Below, piece by piece: positions 1 through 8,145 of a stretch of DNA of 27,732 bases. A model generated the notes under the pieces. The model was not told where the DNA came from and searched no databases. It was given only the letters and a program-made list of their open reading frames with translations. Origin of the DNA: a virus (taxonomy: Duplodnaviria; Caudoviricetes); IMG/VR virus record IMGVR_UViG_3300043406_000068, positions 1 through 27,732 of that record. One strand, given 5' to 3'. Within the stretch, counting starts at the first letter, position 1, and every line of letters begins with the position of its first letter. Both the position numbers and the translations under genes were made by a program.

Positions 1-125
1 ACGGGTGGCTCAAGAAGGTCGTGAACGGGAAGATGGAACACAGCGAATTGCCGAAGTTCGTGCGCCTGCAGCTCAAGGACGTCCCGGCCGTCAAGGCGGC
101 GCTGAAGGCCCACTTCAAGAAGTAG
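1..125 (+). CDS. 3' end of hypothetical protein (partial, starts before window)
   Basis: Frame 3 is open from the window start (GWLKKVVNGKMEHSELPKFVRLQLKDVPAVKAALKAHFKK*) to TAG 123-125, with strong GC3 codon bias. Confidence 0.7.
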   Translation, partial: GWLKKVVNGKMEHSELPKFVRLQLKDVPAVKAALKAHFKK

Positions 126-156
126 AAGGGCGCCGTCGGCTTCGCTCCCGGAGTCG

Positions 157-180
157 TGGGGGACCTTAGATGGTCCCCCA
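157..180 (+). terminator. GC-rich hairpin (possible terminator or processing site)
   Basis: 9-bp stem TGGGGGACC/GGTCCCCCA with loop TTAGAT, intergenic; no U-tract. Confidence 0.4.
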
Positions 181-216
181 AATCAAAGGATGAAGTATTT
201 CCAAGGAGACACTAGG

Positions 217-873
217 ATGTGCGAAATCTGTAACAAGTTGGATGCGGCGGAAGGTGGGGTGGTCAAGGGCATTCTCGGGAATCTGGACTCCCCGAGGCGC
301 GTCTCGGTCGTCGACATCGGCAAGCAGGTGATCGGGGAGCTGGTGGCCACCGGCGTCGACAAGGATCGCGAGAGGGCGCGTGACGTGATGCGCCTGATGG
401 CCATCGTCAAGGCGTATGAGCTGTTCTTTCAGGACAACCTGCCCGGCCTCATGAAGATCCTGCCCAAGACCAAGGAGGGGGTCGATTTCGTCGTCGAGGC
501 GGTGGACATGTTATCAATCAAGGATGCCATCCTCTCGGCCTCCGTCGAGGTTCAGGAGAAGAACCTCAAGGGCTTCCTCGCGGCGGTGGAGTCGGATGCG
601 CGCCGAGCGGCGAATCCGGAACAGAGGCTGGATCCGGAGAAGCTGGTCGAGGAGCTGTCCAAGGTGTTCGGTGGACCGGTCAACGTCATCAACCTCGACG
701 ACCTTCCGGGGATGGTGAAAGGTGAGGAACCGCCTCGCGGGATGAGGGGCAACGTGGTGAGCGGGGACCTTTCCGGCAACCTCCCCACCAAGGAGGAGAC
801 CCAGGCGGTGATGGACAAGATCGAAGCCGCGAACGAGGCCAACCTGCACCCCGAGCACCAGAGCAAGCAGTGA
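217..873 (+). CDS. hypothetical protein (N-terminal CxxC)
   Basis: ORF 190..873. ATG 217 (MCEICNK) preferred because AAGGAG lies at 203-208. Strong GC3 bias. Confidence 0.8.
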   Translation: MCEICNKLDAAEGGVVKGILGNLDSPRRVSVVDIGKQVIGELVATGVDKDRERARDVMRLMAIVKAYELFFQDNLPGLMKILPKTKEGVDFVVEAVDMLSIKDAILSASVEVQEKNLKGFLAAVESDARRAANPEQRLDPEKLVEELSKVFGGPVNVINLDDLPGMVKGEEPPRGMRGNVVSGDLSGNLPTKEETQAVMDKIEAANEANLHPEHQSKQ

Positions 874-1007
874 GCACCGCAGCCGTTCCGATGAGTGGAG
901 GACGTGCCGTGCGCTCGTTGCGTACGGGTTCGAGCCACAGACGCGCGACGCGGGTCGGCCGCAATTCTCGCGCGATGACACCCCCCAAGCGGGGCGAGGA
1001 TACGAAG

Positions 1008-1241
1008 ATGGACATGAACTACGGGATGAAGGACGGGCAGCGCTCCCCCTCGGTTCCCGAGAGCCGCCGCATGCTACAGCGCGAGCGGGCCGTCCTGCGC
1101 AACAAGATCTCCGACTTGGAGAGGGAGTTGGGCGACGTCCGGTTCGACAAGCTGAAGGCCGAGAGCACCCTCAAGGTGCTGGACGACAAGACCGGCTGGA
1201 CCCTCCTGAGGGAGGGGATCCGCAAGATCTTCAAGAAGTAG
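1008..1241 (+). CDS. hypothetical coiled-coil protein
   Basis: Part of ORF 870..1241. GAGGA at 996-1000 precedes ATG 1008. Heptad-like LQRERAVLRNKISDLERELG. Confidence 0.7.
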   Translation: MDMNYGMKDGQRSPSVPESRRMLQRERAVLRNKISDLERELGDVRFDKLKAESTLKVLDDKTGWTLLREGIRKIFKK

Positions 1242-1248
1242 CGTGCGC

Positions 1249-1272
1249 GCGGGGCGGCGTGAGCCGCCTCGC
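1249..1272 (+). terminator. GC-rich hairpin with GTGA (GNRA) tetraloop, probable terminator
   Basis: 10-bp stem GCGGGGCGGC/GCCGCCTCGC (one G-U) just after the stop at 1241; weak pyrimidine tail. Confidence 0.5.
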
Positions 1273-1402
1273 CTCTCGTACCATACCCCCGAACATCGAA
1301 AAGGGGGCGTTAGATTCCAAGGTCACACGCTCACTCCCGGAGTGGTTGGGATAGGTGGTCCGAACTTTGGCGGTTTATCGGGGGTATGGTAGGAGGGTAA
1401 AA

Positions 1403-1591
1403 ATGGAGATGTATTGGGCAATAGCCTCTGGTGTGACCATGGGGCTCGGTATCGCGATTTCGCTGACGCTGATCCGCCTTGCGCGCGCAGCCGAGGCCGC
1501 ATCCGAGAACCTGAAGTACGCTACTCAATCCTTGAGTCAGATGGTGGAGATGATCACCAAGGAAAACAACAAGTACGATACCAAATACTAG
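1403..1591 (+). CDS. small membrane protein
   Basis: GGAGGG RBS before ATG 1403; N-terminal hydrophobic helix WAIASGVTMGLGIAISLTLI. Confidence 0.7.
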   Translation: MEMYWAIASGVTMGLGIAISLTLIRLARAAEAASENLKYATQSLSQMVEMITKENNKYDTKY

Positions 1592-1600
1592 GAGGAGCAG

Positions 1601-1816
1601 ATGTTCTGGATTCTGAGCTACCGCGATTTCGCGGTGCACGAAGTGATCATCGAGGCCGCGAACGAAGAGCGGGCCGAGATCTTGGGCAAGAAGTGGTGCG
1701 TGGAGCGTACCACCAGGCCCGGCACCAACACCGACAGGCCGGCTACCTTCGTCTCGGTCCGACCGATGGTGGTGGCCAAAGACGTCTGGGAGCCCGAGGG
1801 GATACCGATCCCGTGA
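1601..1816 (+). CDS. hypothetical protein
   Basis: AGGAGGAG RBS; tightly packed between neighbours. Confidence 0.75.
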   Translation: MFWILSYRDFAVHEVIIEAANEERAEILGKKWCVERTTRPGTNTDRPATFVSVRPMVVAKDVWEPEGIPIP

Positions 1817-2079
1817 ACCCTGAGGAGAAGCTGCACGCCATCCGGTTGGCTATCGTCAACCACGACAAGAGAAGCCTTGGCATCTGTAGGATTAGGATGA
1901 CCACGCCTGAGGCTATGGATCATTTGATCCACGAGATCATGGTCCTGGTTGGGGACCCTGATACGGTCTGTATCACCCACGGGATGCCTTCCCCGCACGA
2001 CGAATGTACAGAGAAGATACCGTTCCACTACCTCGCCGAGGCCGTACCGCACCTGATGGAGTTGGGGGTACGATTATGA
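1813..2079 (+). CDS. hypothetical protein
   Basis: 3' part of ORF 1414..2079. GTG 1813 overlaps the previous stop (GTGA) and its stop overlaps the next start (ATGA). Confidence 0.65.
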   Translation: MNPEEKLHAIRLAIVNHDKRSLGICRIRMTTPEAMDHLIHEIMVLVGDPDTVCITHGMPSPHDECTEKIPFHYLAEAVPHLMELGVRL

Positions 2080-2285
2080 AGAGGAGCGCGGTCCTGGCCT
2101 TAGTGGTCCTGTTGTTTGCAGGATGTGATCTGCGGGGTCCACGATACCCAGTTGGGGAGCACTATCGCATCGATCTTGTAGCCACCAGCGACGACGGTGC
2201 GTGTCGTATGTATCGGACGGAGACCGTCGTCTCGGATAGCATGTTTGTGGTGTGCCAAGCCGGTGTACCGGCCCTCGTCGACTGA
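2076..2285 (+). CDS. small lipoprotein
   Basis: From ATG 2076: MKRSAVLALVVLLFAG|C, a basic N-terminus, hydrophobic core and lipobox. Confidence 0.7.
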   Translation: MKRSAVLALVVLLFAGCDLRGPRYPVGEHYRIDLVATSDDGACRMYRTETVVSDSMFVVCQAGVPALVD

Positions 2286-3877
2286 TGAAGCCATCAGATC
2301 TCGGTCTACCCAAGAAGTTCTCCGTGTGGCGTCCTCGTCAGTACGATGCGTTGATGGAGATCGCCACATCTGAAACCCGGTTTACCGGGATCTGTGCCCC
2401 AACCGGCTCCGGAAAAACTGCGATGTACATGGGTGCGGCCCTCCTAACGGGGGGCCGTACCGCTGTCCTTACCTCTACCAAGGCACAGGCCGACCAGGTT
2501 TTCCGGGACTTCAAGCGCGCCGGGCTTGAGGAGATCCGGGGCCAATCCAACTTCCCGTGCAGGCTGGAGGAGGAGCGCAAGCCCAAGCCGCGCCAGATGA
2601 CCGTGGATCAGGCCCCGTGCCACTTCGGGGTGCACTGTGACTACAAGGAAAACGGGTGCCACTATTACGACGCCTACCGGCTCGCCGCCTCCAACAAGAC
2701 CCACGTGGTGATCACCAACTACAGTTATTGGATGAGCATTCATCAATACGGTGAGGGGCTGGGGCACTTCGACACCCTCATCCTGGATGAGGCGCATGCC
2801 GCCCCCGAACACCTGGCCAGCTTCTTGGGATTTGAGTTCACAGAGGATGACTTCGATTACCTAGTGGATCGGCCTGTAGGGTTCAGGGACTTGGATGATT
2901 GGGCCTCCTGGGGCCTCGGGTGGAAAATCAGGCTCGAGATCCGGCTCAATACCCTTACCGGGGCAGTGAGGGATGGGGAATCGCGCTTCATTGAGGAATC
3001 TTGCAAGGTCAAAACCCTAGCGATGAAGATGGACCGCCTGTCCAGGGCCAGCGCCGGGTGGGTCCACGACGACATCGAAGTCAGAGGGAAGCGCAACCGC
3101 ACTACCCACAAGAGATTCGACCCCGTAGACCCATCCAACTTCGCCGAGGGGGTTCTGTTCCGTGGAATCAAGAAGGTTGTCCTCGTTTCAGCCACACTAC
3201 GTCCCAAGACCCTTGACCTACTTGGTATCCCCGCCGACGATCGTCTGTTTGTGGAGTACCCCTCGTCGTTTCCCGTTGTACGTCGCCCGATTGTGTGGAT
3301 TCCCACTGCTCGTGTTGACTTCCGATCAGATGAGGACTCTCTTGCAAGGTGGCGTGACCGAATCGATCAAATTGTCGGAAGGCGTCTGGATCGTAAGGGA
3401 ATCATACTCCCGGTTAGCTACAACCGACAGCAGTTCATCCTACTCAATTCCCGACATGCTAATGTCATGCTCGACCACGCGCGGCGAGGCACAGAAGATG
3501 CCCTCGATGCATTCCGACGAGCAAGGGCGCCTAAGGTCCTCGTCTCACCTTCCATCTCCACCGGAGTGGATCTGCCGTACGAAGACTGCGAGTACATCAT
3601 CATTGCGAAAGTCCCGTTCCCAAGCACGCAGAGCGCGATCATGCGCGAAAGGTGCCGGAAGGACCCAACGCTCCAAAACTACCTCGCGGCGATAGAACTG
3701 GTACAATCGGCGGGGCGCGGGATGCGGGCTGAGGACGACTGGTGCGAGATATTCATCATCGATGATCACATCCAGTGGTTCTACAAGAAGGCCGGGAAGT
3801 TCATCCCGAAGAGCTTCCACGAAGCGTTCAGATGTGAGGACATACCACCAAAACCAATAGAAAGGGGAAGAAGATAA
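2285..3877 (+). CDS. DinG/XPD-family SF2 DNA helicase with probable Fe-S cluster
   Basis: Q motif WRPRQ, Walker A APTGSGKT, four Cys (NFPC..APC..HC..GCHYY), DEAH, SAT, GVDLP, QSAGRGMR. Start at 2285 inferred from TGATG overlap. Confidence 0.92.
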   Translation: MKPSDLGLPKKFSVWRPRQYDALMEIATSETRFTGICAPTGSGKTAMYMGAALLTGGRTAVLTSTKAQADQVFRDFKRAGLEEIRGQSNFPCRLEEERKPKPRQMTVDQAPCHFGVHCDYKENGCHYYDAYRLAASNKTHVVITNYSYWMSIHQYGEGLGHFDTLILDEAHAAPEHLASFLGFEFTEDDFDYLVDRPVGFRDLDDWASWGLGWKIRLEIRLNTLTGAVRDGESRFIEESCKVKTLAMKMDRLSRASAGWVHDDIEVRGKRNRTTHKRFDPVDPSNFAEGVLFRGIKKVVLVSATLRPKTLDLLGIPADDRLFVEYPSSFPVVRRPIVWIPTARVDFRSDEDSLARWRDRIDQIVGRRLDRKGIILPVSYNRQQFILLNSRHANVMLDHARRGTEDALDAFRRARAPKVLVSPSISTGVDLPYEDCEYIIIAKVPFPSTQSAIMRERCRKDPTLQNYLAAIELVQSAGRGMRAEDDWCEIFIIDDHIQWFYKKAGKFIPKSFHEAFRCEDIPPKPIERGRR

Positions 3878-4128
3878 TGGCCACACCCAGCCACGTGACG
3901 GGCGACGACGGAGTGGATCACCCGCCTCATTACGGCGGCGACACCACCTACGAGGCCATCAAGGTGATCGAGGCCTGGGACCTAGGCTTTTGCCTGGGCA
4001 ACGCCGTCAAGTACATCTGCCGATCGGGGCTTAAGGGCACGCGCCTTTCCGATCTGAAGAAGGCGAGATGGTACTTGGATCGGGTCATCAAGAACATCGA
4101 GGATGTAAAGGGAAGGCTGTCACAATGA
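3877..4128 (+). CDS. DUF3310 / T7 gp1.7-like (putative nucleotide kinase) protein
   Basis: VDHPPHY..EAI..FCLGNAVKYICRSGLKG..DLKKARWYLDR signature; TAATG coupling to the helicase. Confidence 0.85.
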   Translation: MATPSHVTGDDGVDHPPHYGGDTTYEAIKVIEAWDLGFCLGNAVKYICRSGLKGTRLSDLKKARWYLDRVIKNIEDVKGRLSQ

Positions 4129-4901
4129 AGTCTGTTCTAGACCATGGCTACGTCAAGCTCGTCGAGTCCTGGGGGTCAGACGAGCGCATCATCGAAGCCG
4201 CCCGGCAGAGCACCGGTAAGGGGTTCAAGGGCTGGGGAATCCTCAAGTGTTTGTACTGTGATGTTACCAGCCTCACAGGAAGGCTGCCCGACACTCGGTG
4301 CCCCACTGGGCGCGGAGGGGCGCACGTTGTGAACGAGAAGTTTCAGGCGGGAGATGAGAAGCTTCTACGCTTCCTATGGGAGAACAAGCACCACACCCCC
4401 TTCGAGATGGGTGGCGTGACAATCGAGGTGCAGGCCCCCATCTTCGTTTTACGTGAGTGGCATCGGCACCGCACCCAGTCTTACAACGAGATGTCGGCTC
4501 GGTACACCCAAATTCCTACGCAGGACTATATCCCCACCGTCGGGAGGTTGTTGATGGACGGGGGTATGAACAAGCAGGCCCAGGCCCTACCGGGAAAGGT
4601 GTTGGAGTCGGTACACGCTCAGGAGTGGTTGGATGAGCTGCAACGCATCTACTTCAGGATCGAGGAGCACTACCAGCTTGGGTTACAGCTCGGGGTCCCG
4701 AAGGAGCTTGCTCGCCTTCCTCTTCCTGTGGCGCGATACTCCCGTATGCGGGCCTCTGCGAACCTGAGGAACTGGCTCTGGTTCTTGGGCCTGCGCAACG
4801 ACCCTCGGGCTCAGTTCGAGATCAGGCAGTACGCCATTGAAGTGGACAACCTGATCAAGGGCCTGTTCCCTCGTACACACGCTATCGTACACTCTTCCTA
4901 G
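4125..4901 (+). CDS. thyX: FAD-dependent thymidylate synthase ThyX
   Basis: HHTPFE, REWHRHRTQSYNEMSARY (RHRx7-8S motif), ELARLPLP, NLRNW..FLGLR, AQFEIRQYA. Start at 4125 (ATGA overlap). Confidence 0.95.
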   Translation: MKSVLDHGYVKLVESWGSDERIIEAARQSTGKGFKGWGILKCLYCDVTSLTGRLPDTRCPTGRGGAHVVNEKFQAGDEKLLRFLWENKHHTPFEMGGVTIEVQAPIFVLREWHRHRTQSYNEMSARYTQIPTQDYIPTVGRLLMDGGMNKQAQALPGKVLESVHAQEWLDELQRIYFRIEEHYQLGLQLGVPKELARLPLPVARYSRMRASANLRNWLWFLGLRNDPRAQFEIRQYAIEVDNLIKGLFPRTHAIVHSS

Positions 4902-4912
4902 TGATGCTGGTA

Positions 4913-4942
4913 TTGACAGGCTACCAGGGCCTGTGGTACCAT
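4913..4942 (+). promoter_or_regulatory. sigma70/SigA-type promoter with extended -10
   Basis: TTGACA at 4913-4918, 18-bp spacer, TGTG-G-TACCAT with the -10 at 4937-4942. Intergenic, upstream of GGAGG at 4967-4971. Confidence 0.75.
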
Positions 4943-4982
4943 AGTACCCTGTTGTCTACCTGGAACGGAGGAAGTACCAATC

Positions 4983-5750
4983 ATGGTGAGCTTCAAAGTA
5001 GCGGATCAGACCCAAGGCGGTCTGCTTGACGATCGCAATGTGGAAATCAAGAACATCGGCTTCGTGATGTGGGACTACGAGGGCTCCATCGCCAACGACG
5101 TGCCAGCCCTGCGCGTCGAGTTCCAGCCCTGGACCGATGACTGGTCGGAGGAGGACGGCGACATCAACGTCCAGCACTTCTCGGCCGGCGACGCCGCGAA
5201 GATCAAGCCCTCGAAGGACGGCAAAACGCTCGAACCTGTCAAGAAGGGTGAAGAAGTCAAGGTCTCGAAGTCGTCGAACTTCGGTCTGTTCATCCGGTCC
5301 ATCGTCGAGGCCGGCTACGACGACAACCTGATCGAGGACGACATCACGATCTTCGACGGCATGAAGTGCCACGTTGCTCGTAGGGCGCAACCCAAGCGCG
5401 GCTCGGGCATCAAGAACGCGAAGGAAGACGCGCAGTATCTGGCCGTGGTCAGCATCAAGGGCGAAGACGAGGCCCCCGCGAAGGGCGCGAAGGGCAAGAC
5501 GGCGGCTCCCGCTGCCGGCAAGGGCAAGGCCAAGGTCGACCCCCTGCACGAGAAGGCCGACGAGGCCATCCTCGCCCTCCTGGAGGAAAACGCTCTCATC
5601 AAGAAGACCAAGATCACGACGGCGGTCTTTCAGGCCCTCAAGAAGGACCCCAACGTCAAGGAGATCGTGGCTCTACTGGATGACGATTTCCTCGGGCGCG
5701 AAGGCGCCCCGTACGACTACGACGGGACCACCGTCTCGAAGAAGGACTAG
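4983..5750 (+). CDS. probable single-stranded DNA-binding protein
   Basis: Own promoter and RBS, extreme codon bias, beta-rich N-domain with aromatics, Ala/Lys linker, acidic composition, next to the exonuclease and Sak4-like ATPase. The function is inferred from context. Confidence 0.55.
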   Translation: MVSFKVADQTQGGLLDDRNVEIKNIGFVMWDYEGSIANDVPALRVEFQPWTDDWSEEDGDINVQHFSAGDAAKIKPSKDGKTLEPVKKGEEVKVSKSSNFGLFIRSIVEAGYDDNLIEDDITIFDGMKCHVARRAQPKRGSGIKNAKEDAQYLAVVSIKGEDEAPAKGAKGKTAAPAAGKGKAKVDPLHEKADEAILALLEENALIKKTKITTAVFQALKKDPNVKEIVALLDDDFLGREGAPYDYDGTTVSKKD

Positions 5751-5763
5751 CGGCGTGAGGCGT

Positions 5764-5788
5764 GGGGCGGGACTATACATCCCGCCCC
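5764..5788 (+). terminator. intrinsic terminator-like hairpin
   Basis: 9-bp stem GGGGCGGGA/TCCCGCCCC, loop CTATACA, followed by TCGTTT. Confidence 0.6.
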
Positions 5789-5864
5789 TCGTTTAGTGCC
5801 CCCGGCCAGTCGCGGCTTCGAGGAGGCCCGGCCTACAGTTCGGGTCGGGGGCACTAAACGAGGG
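5786..5864 (+). repeat. long inverted repeat / structured RNA element
   Basis: CCCTCGTTTAGTGCCCCCG (5786-5804) is the exact reverse complement of 5846-5864; extends to 22 bp with one G-U. Confidence 0.85.
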
Positions 5865-5870
5865 AATCCC

Positions 5871-6548
5871 ATGGAATACTCCATCTACCCGTTCGACATC
5901 GACATCTCGCTTGTGCAGGGGGGTGTAGGTGCCGAACTGCTGAACCCCCAGCCCCGGTCCCCAGGTTGGCACCTATCCGAGATTGTTGGCGACATGATTA
6001 ATCGTGTCAAGCACAACAGCAAGCGGAAGGCTTTCGGGGTCCTGGATGAAGATGAGCAGCAGACTGTCAAGATGCGGTGGGAGACCGGCTTCATCTGGGA
6101 AGTAGTGGTCGAGATGGTTTGGCGCGAACGGCGCCTGACTACCCGCTCCCAGTTTGATGGTGTGATCCGGCAGCCCGAGTTGGAGTCGGACGGAATCTTC
6201 ATGACCCCTGACGGGCTGCGGGTTCAGGACCGAAAGGGCAATCCATTAAAGAATTGGGTGGAGGAGGAGTACAAGGCCACATGGCGCAGCGCGCGTCGCC
6301 TGGATGCGTTTGAGGATGACTTCGGGGAGTGGTTGATTTCGAATAAATCCTACTGCCGCGCATCTAAGACCAATCTCGCGGAGTTCTTTGTCCTTTTCAT
6401 CAACGGGGATTACAAGCCTATGGAACCCTTCGGGCGCAGGGTGGAGGTGAGCTACACCCAGCGCGATTTGGATGAGAACTGGGATATGGTCCTGAGGCAC
6501 CGGGATCTAATGAACAAAGAGGGTAAGAAGCCCAAGAGGGAGCGATGA
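5871..6548 (+). CDS. PD-(D/E)xK superfamily exonuclease (Cas4/lambda-exonuclease-like, no Fe-S cysteines)
   Basis: HLSEI, G-F-I-W-E, MTPDG..EEEYKATW. ATG 5871 follows GAGGG. Confidence 0.75.
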   Translation: MEYSIYPFDIDISLVQGGVGAELLNPQPRSPGWHLSEIVGDMINRVKHNSKRKAFGVLDEDEQQTVKMRWETGFIWEVVVEMVWRERRLTTRSQFDGVIRQPELESDGIFMTPDGLRVQDRKGNPLKNWVEEEYKATWRSARRLDAFEDDFGEWLISNKSYCRASKTNLAEFFVLFINGDYKPMEPFGRRVEVSYTQRDLDENWDMVLRHRDLMNKEGKKPKRER

Positions 6549-6877
6549 TCGAATATCTGAAGGATCACGTGCTCATGGGTCGCCTGATGGTGTGTGAGGC
6601 TCATCCGTGGAAAGTGTGGCCGCATAAAGGGTGTCCTTATACAACCATAGACGATTGTTCATGTTGCGGGGGTACGCCAATCAGTTGTCCCGGTCCTGGG
6701 ATGCAGGTTCCTGAGGAAATTGAAAACGGGGTTTTGATAATAGCAAGGGAGTATGGACATGTTCTACTTGGCACAGCTGCGCCAATCGCTCAAGAACCGC
6801 AAGCCGGCTCAGGCCCCGGTACAGATCCTGGTCTTGGAGTTCACGGAGCAGGGAGCCCCGATGGGTCGCACCTATGA
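6545..6877 (+). CDS. Cys-rich hypothetical protein
   Basis: ATGA overlap with the exonuclease; CEAHPW..PH..C..CPGPGM. The 3' 125 bp overlap the next ORF. Confidence 0.5.
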   Translation: MIEYLKDHVLMGRLMVCEAHPWKVWPHKGCPYTTIDDCSCCGGTPISCPGPGMQVPEEIENGVLIIAREYGHVLLGTAAPIAQEPQAGSGPGTDPGLGVHGAGSPDGSHL

Positions 6878-6998
6878 GATCATGGACATCATCCGCACCA
6901 AGGATGGGAAAATCCTGTTAGTGAAGAGCCCAACGGTGGTGAATTCCGATCGGTGGAGCGACGTCTACGATGTAAAGGCGCCCGATGGGACCAAGTGA
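6753..6998 (+). CDS. hypothetical protein
   Basis: AAGGGAG RBS before ATG 6753; good codon bias. Confidence 0.65.
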   Translation: MDMFYLAQLRQSLKNRKPAQAPVQILVLEFTEQGAPMGRTYEIMDIIRTKDGKILLVKSPTVVNSDRWSDVYDVKAPDGTK

Positions 6999-7108
6999 CG
7001 ATCTGATGTTGCAGGTATTGATGGTGTGGGGATGCCTCCTGGCCTGCTACATCGCCATCAAGGAGATCTCCACTATAGTCCTGATCTTAGCACTCAAGGA
7101 GAACCGAA

Positions 7109-7891
7109 ATGGCGAAAGCCGCACCAGTCGCGAGCAAGTTCAAGCTGCCGGGAGGGTTTGCTCCACCGGCGAAGTCTCCCAAGCAGCGCATAATCCTGAG
7201 CGTGGTTGGCCCGCAGAAGACGGGCAAGACCGAGTTGGGTCTGTGGATGCCCGGCCCTCTTGCAGTGCAAAGCTTCGACACCGGTCTGGAGGGTGTAATT
7301 GAGAAGCACAAGAACCGCTCGGCCGTAGTCGGGGTCAGGGATTACACCTTTGACCAGGACAACATGACCGAGGCTCAGCTCCTCAAGGCTGCCGGGCCGG
7401 TATGGGAGGAGTGGTCGTCTGACTTCGAGGAGCTGATCGAGAGCGGCATCCGCTCGGTCCTGTGGGACCGGGCCGACGAGCTGTGGGAAGTGATCAGGCT
7501 CAAGGAATGGGGCAAGCTGACCGCCAAGCCCCAGTTCTACTCGGTAGTGAACGCCCAATACCGGAACCTGGTGCGCAAGGCGTTCAACTCCGACATCAAC
7601 TTGGTGATGATCAACGCCATCAAGGAAAGGTGGGACACGGTCGTGGTCGACGGCAAGGAGAAGCCTAAGCCGTCGGGTGAGATGGAAGTGGCGGGGTACA
7701 AGGACAAGGGCTACCTCACCCAGGGCGAAATCTGGATGGGGCGTACCGGGAGGCCCCCCACCTTTACCGCCACCATCAACGACTCGCGACACAACGCGGG
7801 CGTAATCGGCATGGAGTACACAGACGAGGCTATCACGTTCCCGAGGATCGCCTCGGACATCTTCGATAACGACGAATCGGATTGGAGGTAG
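7109..7891 (+). CDS. Sak4-like / AAA_24 P-loop ATPase (putative recombinase)
   Basis: Walker A GPQKTGKT, Walker B SVLWD, AAGGAG RBS, located near the SSB and exonuclease. Confidence 0.8.
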   Translation: MAKAAPVASKFKLPGGFAPPAKSPKQRIILSVVGPQKTGKTELGLWMPGPLAVQSFDTGLEGVIEKHKNRSAVVGVRDYTFDQDNMTEAQLLKAAGPVWEEWSSDFEELIESGIRSVLWDRADELWEVIRLKEWGKLTAKPQFYSVVNAQYRNLVRKAFNSDINLVMINAIKERWDTVVVDGKEKPKPSGEMEVAGYKDKGYLTQGEIWMGRTGRPPTFTATINDSRHNAGVIGMEYTDEAITFPRIASDIFDNDESDWR

Positions 7892-7892
7892 T

Positions 7893-8135
7893 ATGACGTA
7901 TGCCCCTAGCGTAGGTCGTATCGTGCACTACGTCGCCTACGGCACCCCTGGAGGGGAGTTTCCCCAAGGTGTGTGTCGTGCGGCAGTGGTAACAGAAGTC
8001 CCGACGGATGGTCGCACCGCCTTGCTTGCCTCGGTTTGTGTGCTGAATCCGTCAGGGTTCTTCTTCAACCAGAACTTGCCGAACGACGAGGAAACCAAGC
8101 GGCCTGGAACCTGGCATTGGCCAGAGAAAGTATAG
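7893..8135 (+). CDS. conserved phage hypothetical protein
   Basis: PSVGRIVHY..CRAAVVTEV..VLNPSGFFFN..GTWHWPE pattern, recognised from small phage proteins; GGAGG RBS. Confidence 0.8.
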   Translation: MTYAPSVGRIVHYVAYGTPGGEFPQGVCRAAVVTEVPTDGRTALLASVCVLNPSGFFFNQNLPNDEETKRPGTWHWPEKV

Positions 8136-8145
8136 GAGGTAGAGC

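Noticed and set aside
900-950. tRNA suggested by GGTTCGAGCC
   Set aside because: No 5-bp T-stem, acceptor stem or anticodon arm could be built.
2285-6548. Type IV CRISPR system (DinG plus Cas4-like nuclease)
   Set aside because: No repeat-spacer array or Cas5/6/7 genes are present, and both genes sit in a phage replication module.
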